In this document: positions 8,520 to 17,959 of the stretch, piece after piece
Layout of the letters: each line of letters begins with the position of its first letter
Numbering within the stretch: position 1 is the first letter of the stretch
IMG/VR virus record: IMGVR_UViG_3300025011_000002
DNA: 43,010 nucleotides
Reading direction: 5' to 3' (one strand)
From: a virus
Lineage: Duplodnaviria > Heunggongvirae > Uroviricota > Caudoviricetes
Position numbers and translations under genes: made by a program
Notes under the pieces: generated by a model
Database searches by the model: none
What the model saw: the letters and a program-made list of their open reading frames with translations, nothing else
Told to the model about the DNA's origin: nothing

Positions 8520-8940
8520 TATTCTTCTCCATTTCTTCTTCATAATAATATTCTGCAACTTCTAAGGCTTGTTTTATTATTGTTGATAATCTAAATTTTC
8601 TTTTTAACTCTTCTTCTCTTTTTATCATATTATAAATATTTTCAAAAACAATATCTTCATACTTTTTAAAACTCAAATGTTCTGGTAAAGTATTTATTAA
8701 CATATCTTTTATCTTGTATTTTCTTTTATCTTCTTGTAGAGTATCTTTATTATTAAATCCTTTATCTAAACATTTTTTACAATATTTATAATCAGGAGGA
8801 ATATTCTGTGTATTACAATCATCTGAATCAATAAAGGAAGAATCACAGTAATTAATATTTCTTATTCCTAATAAGGAGTTCTTACAAGTAAAGGTAACAT
8901 ATTCTATTTCTTTTATCTCTTTATTTTTTTCTTCACTCAT
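8512..8940 (-). CDS. Hypothetical protein with Cys cluster
   Basis: Intact ORF; YCKKC and other Cys residues suggest metal binding. Confidence 0.6.
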   Translation of the reverse strand: MSEEKNKEIKEIEYVTFTCKNSLLGIRNINYCDSSFIDSDDCNTQNIPPDYKYCKKCLDKGFNNKDTLQEDKRKYKIKDMLINTLPEHLSFKKYEDIVFENIYNMIKREEELKRKFRLSTIIKQALEVAEYYYEEEMEKNNG

Positions 8941-9025
8941 AAACTTTTAACCTTTCTCTATACTTAAAATATTATCTTTTAACTATTTTAGTATAACATA
9001 TAATAGAATATGATGCAATATACAA

Positions 9026-9218
9026 GTTCTAAAATTTTAGAACATAAAACTTTTAACCCCAAAATTTATTAATAAATTAATTTATCATCTTTTAAAAGAA
9101 ATTTTAACACAACATCTCTATATAAATATTTAGAACCTTGTAATCTTTTATTCTTGTAGATATTTAATATACTTGTATTTATTTAAATAAATAGAACTTA
9201 TATAAAATAATAGAACTT
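9026..9218. repeat. TAGAAC motif cluster with 18-bp palindrome
   Basis: Palindrome gttctaaaattttagaac at 9026-9043; further TAGAAC copies at 9131, 9192 and 9211. Confidence 0.55.
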
Positions 9219-9777
9219 TTAAATATATCTTTAATATAAAATAAAAACTAATATAAATTAATGACCATTTTAAATATATCCAATTTCTCAAATTTCTTCT
9301 ACATATTTATGAATAATCTATTATATGTTCAAAAAAGGTTATTTTAAAATTACTCACCTCAAAATTATAACATCTTTTATAATAAAAAACAATAGATATT
9401 CATACATAGGGGTATGGGAAAAGGTATTTTGGAACTAGCCCTCTGTTAGAAGTGAGTACCTTGCCATCAAACCTTTAACCCCTCTTACATTTTAGGCGGG
9501 GCATTAAATAAAACAAGCCTTTAAGCCTTGCAATGATTGAAACTAAGCATATATTTAAATAAATATGAGTTTAACTTAATGTTAATTAAGTTAAACTGCT
9601 TTAATAGACTGGTTAAAGAACTATATAAACATTTTAGCATGCTTAAATTTGTATTGATTTAAATTAGTTCTAATGTTTTAAGATTGCATGTGTGAATATA
9701 AAAATAAAACTGTGTTTAAGGTACACAGTTTATAAATGATTACAAGTATTATATAATTATTATTAAAAGCTTTATTA

Positions 9778-9891
9778 TTATTTAATCAATATAATTAAAC
9801 CTGATTTAATTAGAATAACCATAACAACTATAAAGATAAACCAATTAATAAAAGCATTTCTTTTTGCCGCTCTTACTCTTAAAGCTTGCAT
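9778..9891 (-). CDS. 37-aa single-pass membrane peptide
   Basis: Not in ORF track; MQALRVRAAKRNAFINWFIFIVVMVILIKSGLIILIK with GAGG RBS and its own promoter. Confidence 0.65.
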   Translation of the reverse strand: MQALRVRAAKRNAFINWFIFIVVMVILIKSGLIILIK

Positions 9892-9909
9892 TCTTTTAAA
9901 TCCTCTTAA

Positions 9910-9953
9910 CTGATAACTATTAGATTATATCATTAACCCTTATTTTATGTCAA
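9910..9953 (-). promoter_or_regulatory. sigma70-like promoter with GTTATCAG leader motif
   Basis: TTGACA (9953-9948), 18-nt spacer, TGA-TATAAT (9929-9924), GTTATCAG at 9917-9910. Confidence 0.75.
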
Positions 9954-10257
9954 TACTTTGTTATAAAATATTGCTTATTTAATCTATTACTTATTTTATA
10001 TTATCAATTATATTTGTATTTTTTGTTATATGTAAATATATTTTACTCTCTCTTTATAAGTCAATAATATTAAGCATCTTACAAATATATAAACGTATTC
10101 TAAGCCCATTATAAGACTCATAAACAAAAGTTTTATATTATCTGATATAAACATATACTAAGATAAAGAAAGATTGATTTTTAAGATATTACTAGCTTTT
10201 AGTCTATTTATAAATAAATAAACAATCATTTTAAAAGCTTTATAAATATATAAAAAA

Positions 10258-10280
10258 ATATCCCTCAAAAAGAAGGATAT
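10258..10280 (-). terminator. Probable intrinsic terminator
   Basis: atatccctc-aaaaa-gaaggatat hairpin followed by a T-tract on the minus strand. Confidence 0.5.
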
Positions 10281-10362
10281 TTTTAAATCATAAATAAATT
10301 TGTTTACTTAAATAGCGTTATAAATAACTTAATCGTTATATGATGTTTACCTCTTTTTTTAA

Positions 10363-10378
10363 ATCTGATTAATCAGAT
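10363..10378. repeat. 16-bp perfect palindrome
   Basis: atctgattaatcagat, downstream of the promoter at 10424-10453. Confidence 0.6.
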
Positions 10379-10423
10379 AACTGCATTCAATAAATAAATA
10401 TTTTTTTAACCTTTCATAATTAA

Positions 10424-10453
10424 ATTATAACATTATTTATTTTATTTTGTCAA
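10424..10453 (-). promoter_or_regulatory. sigma70-like promoter
   Basis: TTGACA, 18-nt spacer, TGT-TATAAT. Confidence 0.7.
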
Positions 10454-10457
10454 GTTT

Positions 10458-10667
10458 TTAAAATTCATATGTAATATTGTCTTTTAATAAGAATATATTA
10501 ATATATTCAGTCATATATAATTTATGTCCTTTTAAATAACCAGTATAAAAATATCTTGTTATCATTCCATTTTTATCATATTTATATGTTATTGTATTTT
10601 GCATGCCTAAAATGAAAATGATATTTAAAAATATTATTATTAATAAGAATTTTATATAAGTTTTCAT
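10458..10667 (-). CDS. Hypothetical protein with N-terminal hydrophobic segment
   Basis: FLLIIIFLNIIFILG; co-oriented intact ORF. Confidence 0.55.
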   Translation of the reverse strand: MKTYIKFLLIIIFLNIIFILGMQNTITYKYDKNGMITRYFYTGYLKGHKLYMTEYINIFLLKDNITYEF

Positions 10668-10674
10668 TTATTTA

Positions 10675-10962
10675 TTACCTGTCTTTTAAATAGCTTTGTA
10701 TCGCTTGCCATTCGTTTTCTAATTGTATTATATCAATTGTATGTATTAATTTATTGCCTTTACTGTCGGCTTTGCCATATATTTGAAATTGTGTATTAAA
10801 TATAATAACTAAGAAAATAAAGAAAATAAATAATGTTTTTGCTACGAATTTAAAGCCCTTATAAAATTCTTTTAAAACTATTTGAAATAAGAATTTAAAT
10901 TTTAAAAATAATATTCTTTCTTTGATTGTAAAATATTCTTTTGTTGTTTCTGTATAGTTCAT
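10675..10962 (-). CDS. Hypothetical membrane protein
   Basis: TLFIFFIFLVIIF transmembrane-like stretch; GAGG RBS. Confidence 0.6.
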   Translation of the reverse strand: MNYTETTKEYFTIKERILFLKFKFLFQIVLKEFYKGFKFVAKTLFIFFIFLVIIFNTQFQIYGKADSKGNKLIHTIDIIQLENEWQAIQSYLKDR

Positions 10963-10995
10963 GTGTTTGTTCCCTCTTTGATTAACTACTAATTA

Positions 10996-11202
10996 TTATT
11001 TATGTTTATTAATTATTTTAACAAGTTTATTATATAAAATTATATCATTGTTTAAATGGTATTCTATACCATCACAATTGCATTTATATAGTAAATATTC
11101 TAATTCTTTTATAATATTTTCCTCATTTATCTTTTTATCATAATTGTTTAAATCCTCTATTATTTCAGGAAAATATTTTTTCGTATAATTTATTATTTTC
11201 AT
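10996..11202 (-). CDS. Hypothetical protein
   Basis: Intact co-oriented ORF; no motif. Confidence 0.6.
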   Translation of the reverse strand: MKIINYTKKYFPEIIEDLNNYDKKINEENIIKELEYLLYKCNCDGIEYHLNNDIILYNKLVKIINKHK

Positions 11203-11214
11203 TATTTAACCTTC

Positions 11215-11463
11215 TTAATCTAAAAATTTTAATACATCTCTTTTAATTTGTTCTTTTATATTTTTTCTGAATTGTTCAACATGCCAACCATGAAGCAATA
11301 AGAATAAATCATGTTTTTGTTTATCTGTATAATCTTTATTATCTAAAATAAAAGTTATTGCATAACTTAAATTCTCTTTTAAATAATCTTTATTTTTTGA
11401 AAAGCCAGCTTCTATGTTTTCAAATTCTTTTTTAGCTTCTTTTAAATTATTAAATACAAACAT
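11215..11463 (-). CDS. Hypothetical protein
   Basis: Intact co-oriented ORF; no motif. Confidence 0.6.
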   Translation of the reverse strand: MFVFNNLKEAKKEFENIEAGFSKNKDYLKENLSYAITFILDNKDYTDKQKHDLFLLLHGWHVEQFRKNIKEQIKRDVLKFLD

Positions 11464-11465
11464 TA

Positions 11466-12323
11466 TTATATTACCTCTAACTTATATCTAATATCATTAA
11501 AACTAACTACATAATTAAAAGTATTTTCAATTTTGTTGATTAGTTTTTGTGTTTGTGTTCTTGCTATTACTTTATTATTTTTAATATTTATATCCTCATA
11601 AATACAGCCTGAAAAATGAGAGGTAATTAAAAATAATAAGTTTGTTAATCTATTAATTGAAAAATATCTATTTTGAAAATTAACAATAGTGTTATATCTT
11701 TTTTGTTTTTCTTTTTCTAATAATTCAGAAAAGCTTTTTTTATTTTTTTCTTGTTTTTCTTCTACTAATTTATTATATTTTAATAAACCATCTTTTATAA
11801 ATATTTCTTTACTTGCTTTTATTTGGCTTGTTCTTGGTCGCATTCTATCCATTATTAAATAATAAGGTATATAAATATCATTTTCAATTATTCTACATTC
11901 TTTTAAACTTGATGGAAAATTAACATCTCTATCTTTTAAGATTCCATTATCTTGTTTTTCTATTTCTTCATGAAATACTTCTATAATTGATATATTATTA
12001 TCAAATCTATACCATGCTTTTATTTCTTCTTCACATGTATTTTTAAAATTAATATTTTCAAATTGTCTTAAAAGATAATCATTAATTATTATAATATCTT
12101 TTTTTAATTTGTTAATTCCATCTAATCCCAAAATATTTTTATCATTACAATTTAAATATTTTAATGGATATTTAGCATTATTTAAAATATAATCAAAACT
12201 TTTAAAAGATTCTTTAATACTTTGATGTGGTTTTAAATATTCTATATCCTCATTAAAATAAATTTTTAAATCCTCTATTTCTTCATTACATAATGGGTAA
12301 ATTTCATTTTCAAACTTAAACAT
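11466..12323 (-). CDS. Hypothetical protein
   Basis: 285-aa ORF behind its own promoter and GTTATCAG leader. Confidence 0.7.
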   Translation of the reverse strand: MFKFENEIYPLCNEEIEDLKIYFNEDIEYLKPHQSIKESFKSFDYILNNAKYPLKYLNCNDKNILGLDGINKLKKDIIIINDYLLRQFENINFKNTCEEEIKAWYRFDNNISIIEVFHEEIEKQDNGILKDRDVNFPSSLKECRIIENDIYIPYYLIMDRMRPRTSQIKASKEIFIKDGLLKYNKLVEEKQEKNKKSFSELLEKEKQKRYNTIVNFQNRYFSINRLTNLLFLITSHFSGCIYEDINIKNNKVIARTQTQKLINKIENTFNYVVSFNDIRYKLEVI

Positions 12324-12464
12324 TTTTTATTTAATCTCTCTTTAACTGATAACTATATTATAATACATTAATATTATTATAAAGTCAATAGATAAATTAA
12401 TATTTATTTACAATTAATTATTTTGTATTTTGCAAAATTATATAATTTCTTATTTTCAGAAAAA

Positions 12465-12740
12465 TTATATTACTCTGTCTATTCTATCAATAACACATTT
12501 TTTATTATATTTTTCTATATTATTTAAACCCGATTCAATAGCCTGTTTATATGTTCCCTTTACTGTATTTTTATATATATCGTTTGTTTTTGGATTAACT
12601 ATATAAACATCATAAATATGTATATTATCGCTTTTAAAATCAGGATGTTTTAAAACATCATTATTAACTTTTTTATATTTTTTTAATAGTTGTAAATGCT
12701 CTTTGTTGCATTTTCCTCCATAATCGTAAAATATAGGCAT
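12465..12740 (-). CDS. Hypothetical protein
   Basis: Intact co-oriented ORF; no motif. Confidence 0.6.
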   Translation of the reverse strand: MPIFYDYGGKCNKEHLQLLKKYKKVNNDVLKHPDFKSDNIHIYDVYIVNPKTNDIYKNTVKGTYKQAIESGLNNIEKYNKKCVIDRIDRVI

Positions 12741-12745
12741 GTTTA

Positions 12746-13786
12746 TTATCCCTCAAACTCTTTTAATAATTCAATTATATTTTGTTTTGGTATTGTATGA
12801 CATCCAACTTTTACAAATTCATTATTAGCTTGTTGTATTTCATACATTCCATTGATTTTTAAACCAGTAAATTTATTTAAACATTCTTGATTATTGCATT
12901 TTAAATATGCATGCATTAAGCGAATACATTTTTTAAATTCAATAGTATTATCAATAGTGATTCTTAATGATGTTTTAATAGTATTGTTTTCAATCCATAT
13001 ATAAGACAATCTATTGTAATTATTTTCTATATATTCGGGAATATCTTTTTTTATGTATTCTTTTATTTTATTTTGTTCCGTTGATGTTAATTTTTCTAAA
13101 ATATTAATACTATCCATATAAAAACTATTATCATAAATTAATCTTATTTTTTGTGTATATGTTAAACTCTCAATAATAGGTTTATATTTTTCTTTATATT
13201 CTTTTTTCGCTTCACTTGCCTTTTTTGCCGATTCTTTACGAGCTAAACTTTTATATTTATCCTCACTAACCAGTAAATCATCATAAATGTTTTTATATTC
13301 GTTTACTTGATTTAATAAATTATCGTCAATATCAAAATTATTAATCAAATTATTAATATTATTAAAAGAAGCCTTAAAACTTTGTCTATCGTCTTTTTTT
13401 AACAAATCATATTCTTTTAATCTATCTAAATATATTTTTATTGCTTCAATCGGATTAAACTCTGTTTGTGTCCATGAACTATAAAAACTTCTTTTACTTG
13501 GCATGTATATATGATTATATGCCCATGATTGTGTTAAAATACTTATTTGTTTTATTGTTGTATTACTGTGTCTATTTTCAGTTACTAATAAAACTTTTTG
13601 ATTATCTTTATTTATTGCCCTCTCTGCAATTTGTGTACTGTATGAATAAACTTTATTACCCTTAAAACTCATTCTATCGCATGAGGTCATGCCTTCTTCA
13701 TGTTCCTCTGCATAAGCAAAATAATGCGCCAATTCATAATAACCCTGTTTACAGGTTTTAAACTTTTTAATTGTTTGTGTTGTCAT
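12746..13786 (-). CDS. Early-type phage hypothetical protein
   Basis: 346 aa; VYSYSTQIA, HSNTTIKQ and VKVGCHTI resemble motifs of uncharacterised phage proteins (from memory); own promoter. Confidence 0.7.
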   Translation of the reverse strand: MTTQTIKKFKTCKQGYYELAHYFAYAEEHEEGMTSCDRMSFKGNKVYSYSTQIAERAINKDNQKVLLVTENRHSNTTIKQISILTQSWAYNHIYMPSKRSFYSSWTQTEFNPIEAIKIYLDRLKEYDLLKKDDRQSFKASFNNINNLINNFDIDDNLLNQVNEYKNIYDDLLVSEDKYKSLARKESAKKASEAKKEYKEKYKPIIESLTYTQKIRLIYDNSFYMDSINILEKLTSTEQNKIKEYIKKDIPEYIENNYNRLSYIWIENNTIKTSLRITIDNTIEFKKCIRLMHAYLKCNNQECLNKFTGLKINGMYEIQQANNEFVKVGCHTIPKQNIIELLKEFEG

Positions 13787-13864
13787 TTTCCTTTTACTCC
13801 ATTTAATAACTGATAACTTTATTATTCTATACTAAATTTATTTTGTTGTCAATACTTTAATTAA

Positions 13865-14020
13865 TTATCTTACATTATTTAATATTGATATATATTGATT
13901 ATATAATGTTAATGCCTCACCTGTTAGTATTATATCACTATAACCGATTGAGTCAACATCTTGACCATGAGGCTTTAATACTCTGTTTAATCTTTTTTCT
14001 AATGCTTCTAACTTACCCAT
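13865..14020 (-). CDS. Hypothetical 51-aa protein
   Basis: Not in ORF track; GGAG RBS, MGKLEALEKRLNRVLKPHGQDVDSIGY... Confidence 0.55.
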   Translation of the reverse strand: MGKLEALEKRLNRVLKPHGQDVDSIGYSDIILTGEALTLYNQYISILNNVR

Positions 14021-14308
14021 TTTTAAAAACTCCATTTACTTAACTAACAACTAATAAACTATTTTAAAATATACCTCTTTGTTTAATTAATATCTCATTG
14101 AATTTTAATTTTTTATCAGCTTTTATTTTATCAGATATTTGTTTTAATTCAAAAAATAAATAAGTATGTTTATTTAAAACTTCTTTTTCTGTATTCATTG
14201 TTTAAAACCTCTTATTTGATAACTATATAATAATAAACCATAATAATTATAAAGTCAATACCTAAATTAATATATTTTTAATATTTCTTAACATATTTTA
14301 AAATAAAA

Positions 14309-14330
14309 AAGCTGATAAAAATATCAGCTT
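14309..14330 (-). terminator. Intrinsic terminator
   Basis: aagctgata-aaaa-tatcagctt with T-tract on the minus strand. Confidence 0.65.
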
Positions 14331-14377
14331 AAAAAATGTTATCAGTTTTTAGGAGTTTCATGGATAGCGTATAATTA

Positions 14378-14971
14378 TTAATTAATTCTTATTTTAAATT
14401 TATCATCAATCATATAATTTATTTTATCATTAAAATTTTTAATTTGTTCTTTAATTTCTTTACTTTCATTTATTAAATCATCTATTATTTTTATTTGTTC
14501 CCTTGCTTCTTTTATTTTCTTTGTATTATATTCTATAAATGTTTTTAATCCATTTATTGCTAATTCTGAATTAATAACTCCATTTTGCTCTATACCGTCA
14601 TTATATGACGATGTAATACAAGCATGAATAATATTAATTTTATATCCATAATGCTCTATAATCCATGAATTATATCTTTTTTCAAAATATAAACTTGAAT
14701 CAATCTTTTTTAAATCTGTATCTAGTCTTTTACTTGATGTTTTATTATTGTATTTTTTTAATACTTCCTCTATTTGAGGGAATAAAGTCATGACTTTTTC
14801 AATATTTATACATTCATTTTCAATTGATTTTATTTTATTTTGCTTTTCTTCTTCCGCTTCCTGTAGTTCTATTTTTCTAATTTTGTTTAAAATTTCTTTT
14901 GTTTTTTTATCATCAAATTTTAAACCTCTTAATTCATTATATAGTTTTTGCCTTTGTTCTTTTAAACTCAT
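14378..14971 (-). CDS. Hypothetical protein
   Basis: Intact 197-aa ORF with coiled-coil-like ends. Confidence 0.7.
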   Translation of the reverse strand: MSLKEQRQKLYNELRGLKFDDKKTKEILNKIRKIELQEAEEEKQNKIKSIENECINIEKVMTLFPQIEEVLKKYNNKTSSKRLDTDLKKIDSSLYFEKRYNSWIIEHYGYKINIIHACITSSYNDGIEQNGVINSELAINGLKTFIEYNTKKIKEAREQIKIIDDLINESKEIKEQIKNFNDKINYMIDDKFKIRIN

Positions 14972-15225
14972 GTTTTATCCTTCCATTATATTTTAATACT
15001 ACACTAAATTTTTATTTTGTCAATGGTTTTATTTAATTCTTATTCTATTTATTTTTTTATGTTCATTATTTATTAATTCGGTTATAAAATCGGCTTCATT
15101 TTCTAAACATTTAAATTTTAATATATCGTCAAGTTTTTTAATCGTTTCAATATGAAAATACCAATGTTTTTGTATTTTACCCATGTATAAATAACCCCTT
15201 TTTATTTTCCTTTTCCTTCTATTAT

Positions 15226-15483
15226 TTATAAATTATGATTTATACCATTATCATAATAACAAATAAATTCGTATTTATTACTTTTAAAACGGTTGTTTTT
15301 AATTTTTTCAAATGAACTAATTTCTGGATTAGTACACTTTTTAATTGAGTTATCAGCCTTTACTTTATTATTTACAAAGGTTTTTATATTCTCTTTTGTC
15401 TGTGTACTGCATAAATATTGAAACATAGCGCAATTATCATGCGTTAAAATTCTATAATAAGTATCAATCTTATTTATTTTCAT
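15226..15483 (-). CDS. Hypothetical protein
   Basis: Start re-set to ATG 15483, overlapping the upstream gene end (ORF opens at 15546). Confidence 0.55.
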   Translation of the reverse strand: MKINKIDTYYRILTHDNCAMFQYLCSTQTKENIKTFVNNKVKADNSIKKCTNPEISSFEKIKNNRFKSNKYEFICYYDNGINHNL

Positions 15484-15742
15484 TATTTGTAACCTCATTA
15501 CATACTTTATTACTCCATTTAGCATGAACCGCTGCAATTGCTGCAAGTTTAGCAGATTTAAAACATTTTTTTAAAATAGGATTATTATTATTTATACCAT
15601 TATTTAATGTTATATAATAGCCTGTATTAGTATAAAGCCATGTTTGTTTACAATGCAATATTTCTATATTATCATTCATAAATTGATAATATTTTAAAAA
15701 TCCCTTACTTTCTACCCTTTTAATGTGTTCTTTTAAACTCAT
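15470..15742 (-). CDS. Hypothetical protein
   Basis: GGAG RBS, own promoter and GTTATCAG leader. Confidence 0.65.
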   Translation of the reverse strand: MSLKEHIKRVESKGFLKYYQFMNDNIEILHCKQTWLYTNTGYYITLNNGINNNNPILKKCFKSAKLAAIAAVHAKWSNKVCNEVTNNENK

Positions 15743-16155
15743 TTTTTAAACTCCATTACCTGATAACAAAATTAAATATAAACTAATTTTTAAAATATGT
15801 CAAGTTATTTTATTAATTGTAAATTTTTTGTTACAATTCGTTAATATTAAGACTATATTTAAAATTTTAAAAATAAAATGATTTTATTTTAATTTAAATT
15901 TAATTTGTTTTTAATTTAATTGTTTAATATGACTATATTTAAGGCAATTTTTAAAATATAATTGTTTTATGTTAATTTTTTAAATTAACTCACAAAAGGG
16001 AATTTTTATATTAAGGAATTATTTAAAATACTATAAAATTTTGAATTGTCAAGAGTTTTATAAACTTTTGTAATGCTTAATTTTTATGCAGTCTTTTTGT
16101 GTCAAAAAATTTCTGATAATGCAAAATAAAATAATAAAATAAATCTGTTTATATT

Positions 16156-16278
16156 TTTGAAAATCAGAAATATTTATAAATTCAAAAGTCATTCGAGCTG
16201 ACAAAACGAAAAACCGTTTAAGCGGAGAAATCAAAATGCAGCCGAGCCGATAAATTGAAAAGTCTATCGAGCTGAAAA
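16156..16278. repeat. Non-coding element, copy 1 (homologous to 29752-29868)
   Basis: TTTGAA-N19-TTCAAA at 16156-16186, TCGAGCTGA twice, CCGATAAATTGA at 16247-16258. Confidence 0.55.
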
Positions 16279-16289
16279 ATATTATTAAC

Positions 16290-16484
16290 TTAGTCTATTA
16301 CTATAATACCTTTACTTTCAAAATAAGCCTTAATCCATTCTTTATTATCTTCTTGTAAGCTCCACATTAAAGCTTCTTCCATCTCTTTAATGCTTATAAT
16401 TGGCTTATCTGATTCACATATGGCATCTTTATTACATATTGTGTATTCTCCGCATTTACTACATTTTTTATTCTTATCTTCCAT
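16290..16484 (-). CDS. Small Cys-containing hypothetical protein
   Basis: CSKCG; intact ORF. Confidence 0.55.
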   Translation of the reverse strand: MEDKNKKCSKCGEYTICNKDAICESDKPIISIKEMEEALMWSLQEDNKEWIKAYFESKGIIVID

Positions 16485-16610
16485 TTTATTATTGTTCCTT
16501 TTCTTTATGTAATATCTTTTTCCATAGATTTCTAACTGATTTCCAATGAGATTTTTTAGTATGTTTAAGGTGCTTCCACCATTCAGTTCTTACACCATAT
16601 TTTGCAGTCA

Positions 16611-16964
16611 TTATATTGCCTCTTCCATTATCTTTTTTAATTCTTCTGGTATTGCTTCATTACTAAATAATTTATAATAATATTCCCTTTTTGGAATATG
16701 TTTATTCATAATAATTATATTGTTTATAATATTACAAATATCAATTTTCTTTATATATTTTTTTAATTCAGAGCTACTTTTTCTTGAATTACATGACTTA
16801 CAAGAGATAAAATAATTATCTATCTTATTCTCTCCACCTCTAAACTTTGCTTTTATATGGTCTATTGTTACTGTTTCTTTTGTAACTTCTTCGCCACAAT
16901 AAGCACAGGGAATCTTATGAGCTACAGCTATATTTTTTATTCTCTTTTGTGTTACATTGCACAT
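16611..16964 (-). CDS. HNH endonuclease
   Basis: CAYCG...TIDHIKAKFRGGENKIDNYFISCKSCNSRK, canonical HNH. Confidence 0.9.
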   Translation of the reverse strand: MCNVTQKRIKNIAVAHKIPCAYCGEEVTKETVTIDHIKAKFRGGENKIDNYFISCKSCNSRKSSSELKKYIKKIDICNIINNIIIMNKHIPKREYYYKLFSNEAIPEELKKIMEEAI

Positions 16965-17051
16965 ATTAACTCACTCGCTTTACTATATTATCATCTTATA
17001 CTATAACTATTATTTTGTCAACATATAATATAAAATTATTAAGAAATAAAA

Positions 17052-17070
17052 AGCCCTCAAAAAGAGGGCT
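17052..17070 (-). terminator. Intrinsic terminator
   Basis: agccctc-aaaaa-gagggct with T-tract on the minus strand. Confidence 0.75.
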
Positions 17071-17090
17071 GTTATAACCAAAGGGAGATT

Positions 17091-17792
17091 CTATAGGGTG
17101 CTACAAAATTTATCAAATTCTTTTGATAAAGTATTTATTATATTTTTAATTATAATAATACCGTTATGTTTATTTGTTTTATTAATTTTCTTTTTTGCAG
17201 AATAATGTTTATTAAATATTTCTCTATTCCTTTGTTTTTTACAATCATCAGAACATATTGTTTGTTTATGATGATATGGAGTAAAAACATTATTACAAAC
17301 AATACAAATTCTTTTTTTTGCTTCATCTTTTTTATCTTTAATCATTGGTAAATTTATTACTTCATCTATTATAGTTTCTTCTTTATTTAATTTAGACCTA
17401 TAAAGATTTAAAGTATAATTTGGTTGAGCTGATGGTCTGCATTCTTTACCGCAATATCTTTGAGAATTTATATTTGTTTTAAATTCTTTACCACATGCAA
17501 GACAATTTCTTTCAAATTTATTAGATGTCTTTTTAATTTCTCTTAATTCTTTTTCTTTTTTTCTATTCAAGCCACAATGAATACCACGACATTTTAAGCT
17601 ACATACTTTTGGAATTTTAGTTGAAGGATATATTTTTCTAACAAAACTTTCGCCACAAATAATACAAGTAAATGTTTTATTTTTAGCGTTTGTTTTCCTT
17701 ACTTCTTTTTCTTTTACTATTTCTACTACTTTTTTTGGTTTTCTAAAGCCAAAAATACTAATTCCACTTAACATATTCGTCCTCTCTTTCAT
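17091..17792 (-). CDS. Protein with three C-x2-C...C-x3-C zinc-finger repeats
   Basis: CIICG..CSLKC, CLACG..CGKEC, CIVCN..CSDDC. Confidence 0.7.
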   Translation of the reverse strand: MKERTNMLSGISIFGFRKPKKVVEIVKEKEVRKTNAKNKTFTCIICGESFVRKIYPSTKIPKVCSLKCRGIHCGLNRKKEKELREIKKTSNKFERNCLACGKEFKTNINSQRYCGKECRPSAQPNYTLNLYRSKLNKEETIIDEVINLPMIKDKKDEAKKRICIVCNNVFTPYHHKQTICSDDCKKQRNREIFNKHYSAKKKINKTNKHNGIIIIKNIINTLSKEFDKFCSTL

Positions 17793-17894
17793 TTAACTGT
17801 TTTATTTAACTCTTACTATCTCATAGTAACACACATTTTCTTTTTGTCAAGAGCATATTAATATTTATTTACAACATATTTTAAGACAAAAAGA

Positions 17895-17920
17895 AACCCT
17901 CTAAAATGACAAAGAGGGTT
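17895..17920 (-). terminator. Intrinsic terminator after the E1 gene
   Basis: aaccctct/agagggtt 8-bp stem. Confidence 0.65.
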
Positions 17921-17959
17921 AGTTGAGAGGAGTTTAAGGGAGTTATGGGGTATTGTAGT

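Noticed and set aside
9026-9043. LexA/SOS box
   Set aside because: Half-sites read GTTC-N10-GAAC, not the GAAC-N4-GTTC Gram-positive box or the cyanobacterial box.
14360-14374. Functional 4-codon peptide MDSV
   Set aside because: It has an RBS and the leader motif but no clear promoter and is too short to support; noted only within the leader-motif finding.
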